Below are positions 62,400-64,000 of a stretch of 64,000 nucleotides of DNA, in pieces (positions within the stretch are counted from its first letter, which is position 1; each line of letters opens with the position of its first letter). Below the pieces are notes generated by a model. That model was not told the DNA's origin. It saw only the letters and a program-made list of their open reading frames with translations, and did not search any database. The position numbers and the translations under genes are program-made. Source of the stretch: Raillietiella orientalis (taxonomy: Eukaryota); NCBI GenBank assembly GCA_036172245.1, contig JAYWIR010000005.1, forward strand, positions 4,278,001 to 4,342,000, in the 5' to 3' direction.

Positions 62400-64000
62400 A
62401 TACTCAACATCCGCCTGTTTGCACTCCCATCAACAGCCATTGTGTGCAGATAGACGCGAACATCTTTTCCTTCCCAATTGGTTAAGCACACCTGAAGAGT
62501 TCAGATCCTTCCCTGAGAAGGGTGACCTCAGACAGGCAACAACGAGACGTCGACTTTCCGCTGACGTGGTTCATACAAGCTCACCTCAACCAACAAGAGT
62601 ACACAGGCGGAGCCATCCACTCGTGAGCTTCCTGAACACTCATGAGAACTGAAGATGAGGATCCTCAGTGGGTGGCAGGGAAGGCAGCTAGAGCTGCCGG
62701 AAGCCCTCTGGCGAACTTCATGAAGAGAGCTTCTCTCTTCTCGCTCTAGGGGCAGCGGGCGACTAGAAGTGAAGCCTGGCAACGAAGGACTTCATCAGCC
62801 ACCAAGTGTGTGGACGAAGTGACGAGGTGGACATACTAGTGTATGGGAAGACCAACCCCTGAGCCCAACGTTCCATTCAGGCCGGAGAAAATCTACAAGT
62901 GTCTCCATGTCGTACGTATGTCCAGGACCACGTGCGTCCCGAATCCATCGCGTGTTCTCTTCCTCTTCAAAAGACTCTCAGTGCTGCCAAGTCAGGTGAA
63001 CGAAACTGAAGATGAAACTGCAAGAATCGAGTCATCTCCACCATTTTGCGCTGAAGGATCACAGATGCCAGCCACAGCGGCAACGGTCCGACTTGCAAAG
63101 TCGGGAAACCAGAAGATCCTCTACGCAACGTTTTATTCCAAAGGAGATTTTCGAGATCCTGAGAAGGTGGCAAGCGCAGATTCCGGCGACCACCAGATGG
63201 TCCCCAACAGACTGCACTCAGGTCTTCCGAGATCAGCAGAGAAACTGCAGACTGCAGAAAGTTCCGGCAATAACGAAGAGTAAAATACCTGGCGAACCGC
63301 TTGGGCAGGGCTTTTTTTTCATCGAAGCCTACCAAACAGGTGTTCTCCCAGTGGCCACTACGGTGAATTGTAGGGTGCTCTGGTGGCAAAAACCGGTTGC
63401 TGTGAATGTTTTTTCTTTTCCAGTCTTTTGAATCCCCAGAGACCGGGTGCGTTTGGAAAAGCGAGGCTGGGTTAGATGAGGCAACTCATCAACAAGCGCA
63501 CCCTCTTACCAAGCAAGGCGACGAATGTGCTGATCCTGCGAAGGGTGTCCCGGCCCATCCAATGAGCAGGAGGGAGCCGACAACTTAGCCATCTGCAGCT
63601 GCTTCAGCTCCGATCCACGCCGAATGGAGCTGTGCAAGAGTCACCTCTCAGACCGCCTTTACATTCTGGGGAAAGGGCACCATCGGCTGAAGAGAATTTA
63701 GAGAATTCAGGTCCACAGAGATGAAGCGAAAGTTTAGAGAAGCGAAAGCAGCGAAGGCAGGAACATGTGGACGCTGGACAGGGAAGACACTGTCCGAACA
63801 AAGATCCATCCGAATACCATTTTCCACCAATGCATGGGAAAGAAAATCGCCTCTAGCATGCGCATCCTCCTACGCAAGGCACCATACCTCCCCTTATCAT
63901 AACAAAACACCCTCACCAAAAGGAGACTACGTCTTGAGTGGGGGGCAGCACCATGAGTTGGGACGTTTTCTTTTTAATGGGGAATGCCTGAGGATTGGAG
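62400..64000 (+). mobile_element. Further non-LTR RT/thumb relic, probably RLE-type
   Basis: FPEKGDLRQ..RL....YKL (~62505-62585), ILSGWQG (~62660), IYKCL (~62890); heavily frameshifted. Confidence 0.4.

Overview
Eukaryotic (probably invertebrate; organism not determinable) non-genic DNA that reads as a dense, nested graveyard of decayed transposable elements. I found no intact host gene, rRNA, canonical tRNA, CRISPR array or full-length ORF. Best-supported relics: (i) restriction-like-endonuclease (RLE, R2 superfamily, NeSL/Utopia-like) non-LTR retrotransposons, with a clear C-terminus at 40.5-41.0 kb; (ii) many L1/Tx1-like LINE pieces (APE, RT with YADD, C-terminal CCHC knuckle, shared 3' UTR); (iii) a piggyBac transposase pseudogene at 43.6-44.5 kb; (iv) weaker hAT, gag-like and APE-LINE relics. 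The most interesting signals are a family of four tRNA-headed, hairpin-rich leaders, and scattered RAG1/Transib-like motifs on the minus strand at 23.5-29.6 kb. Two of the leaders are near-identical ~825-bp copies, and two lie directly upstream of RLE-type coding relics. All protein-family calls come from manual translation across frameshifts and recalled family motifs, not database searches. Boundaries of decayed elements are approximate, and some indels may be sequencing errors in homopolymers.
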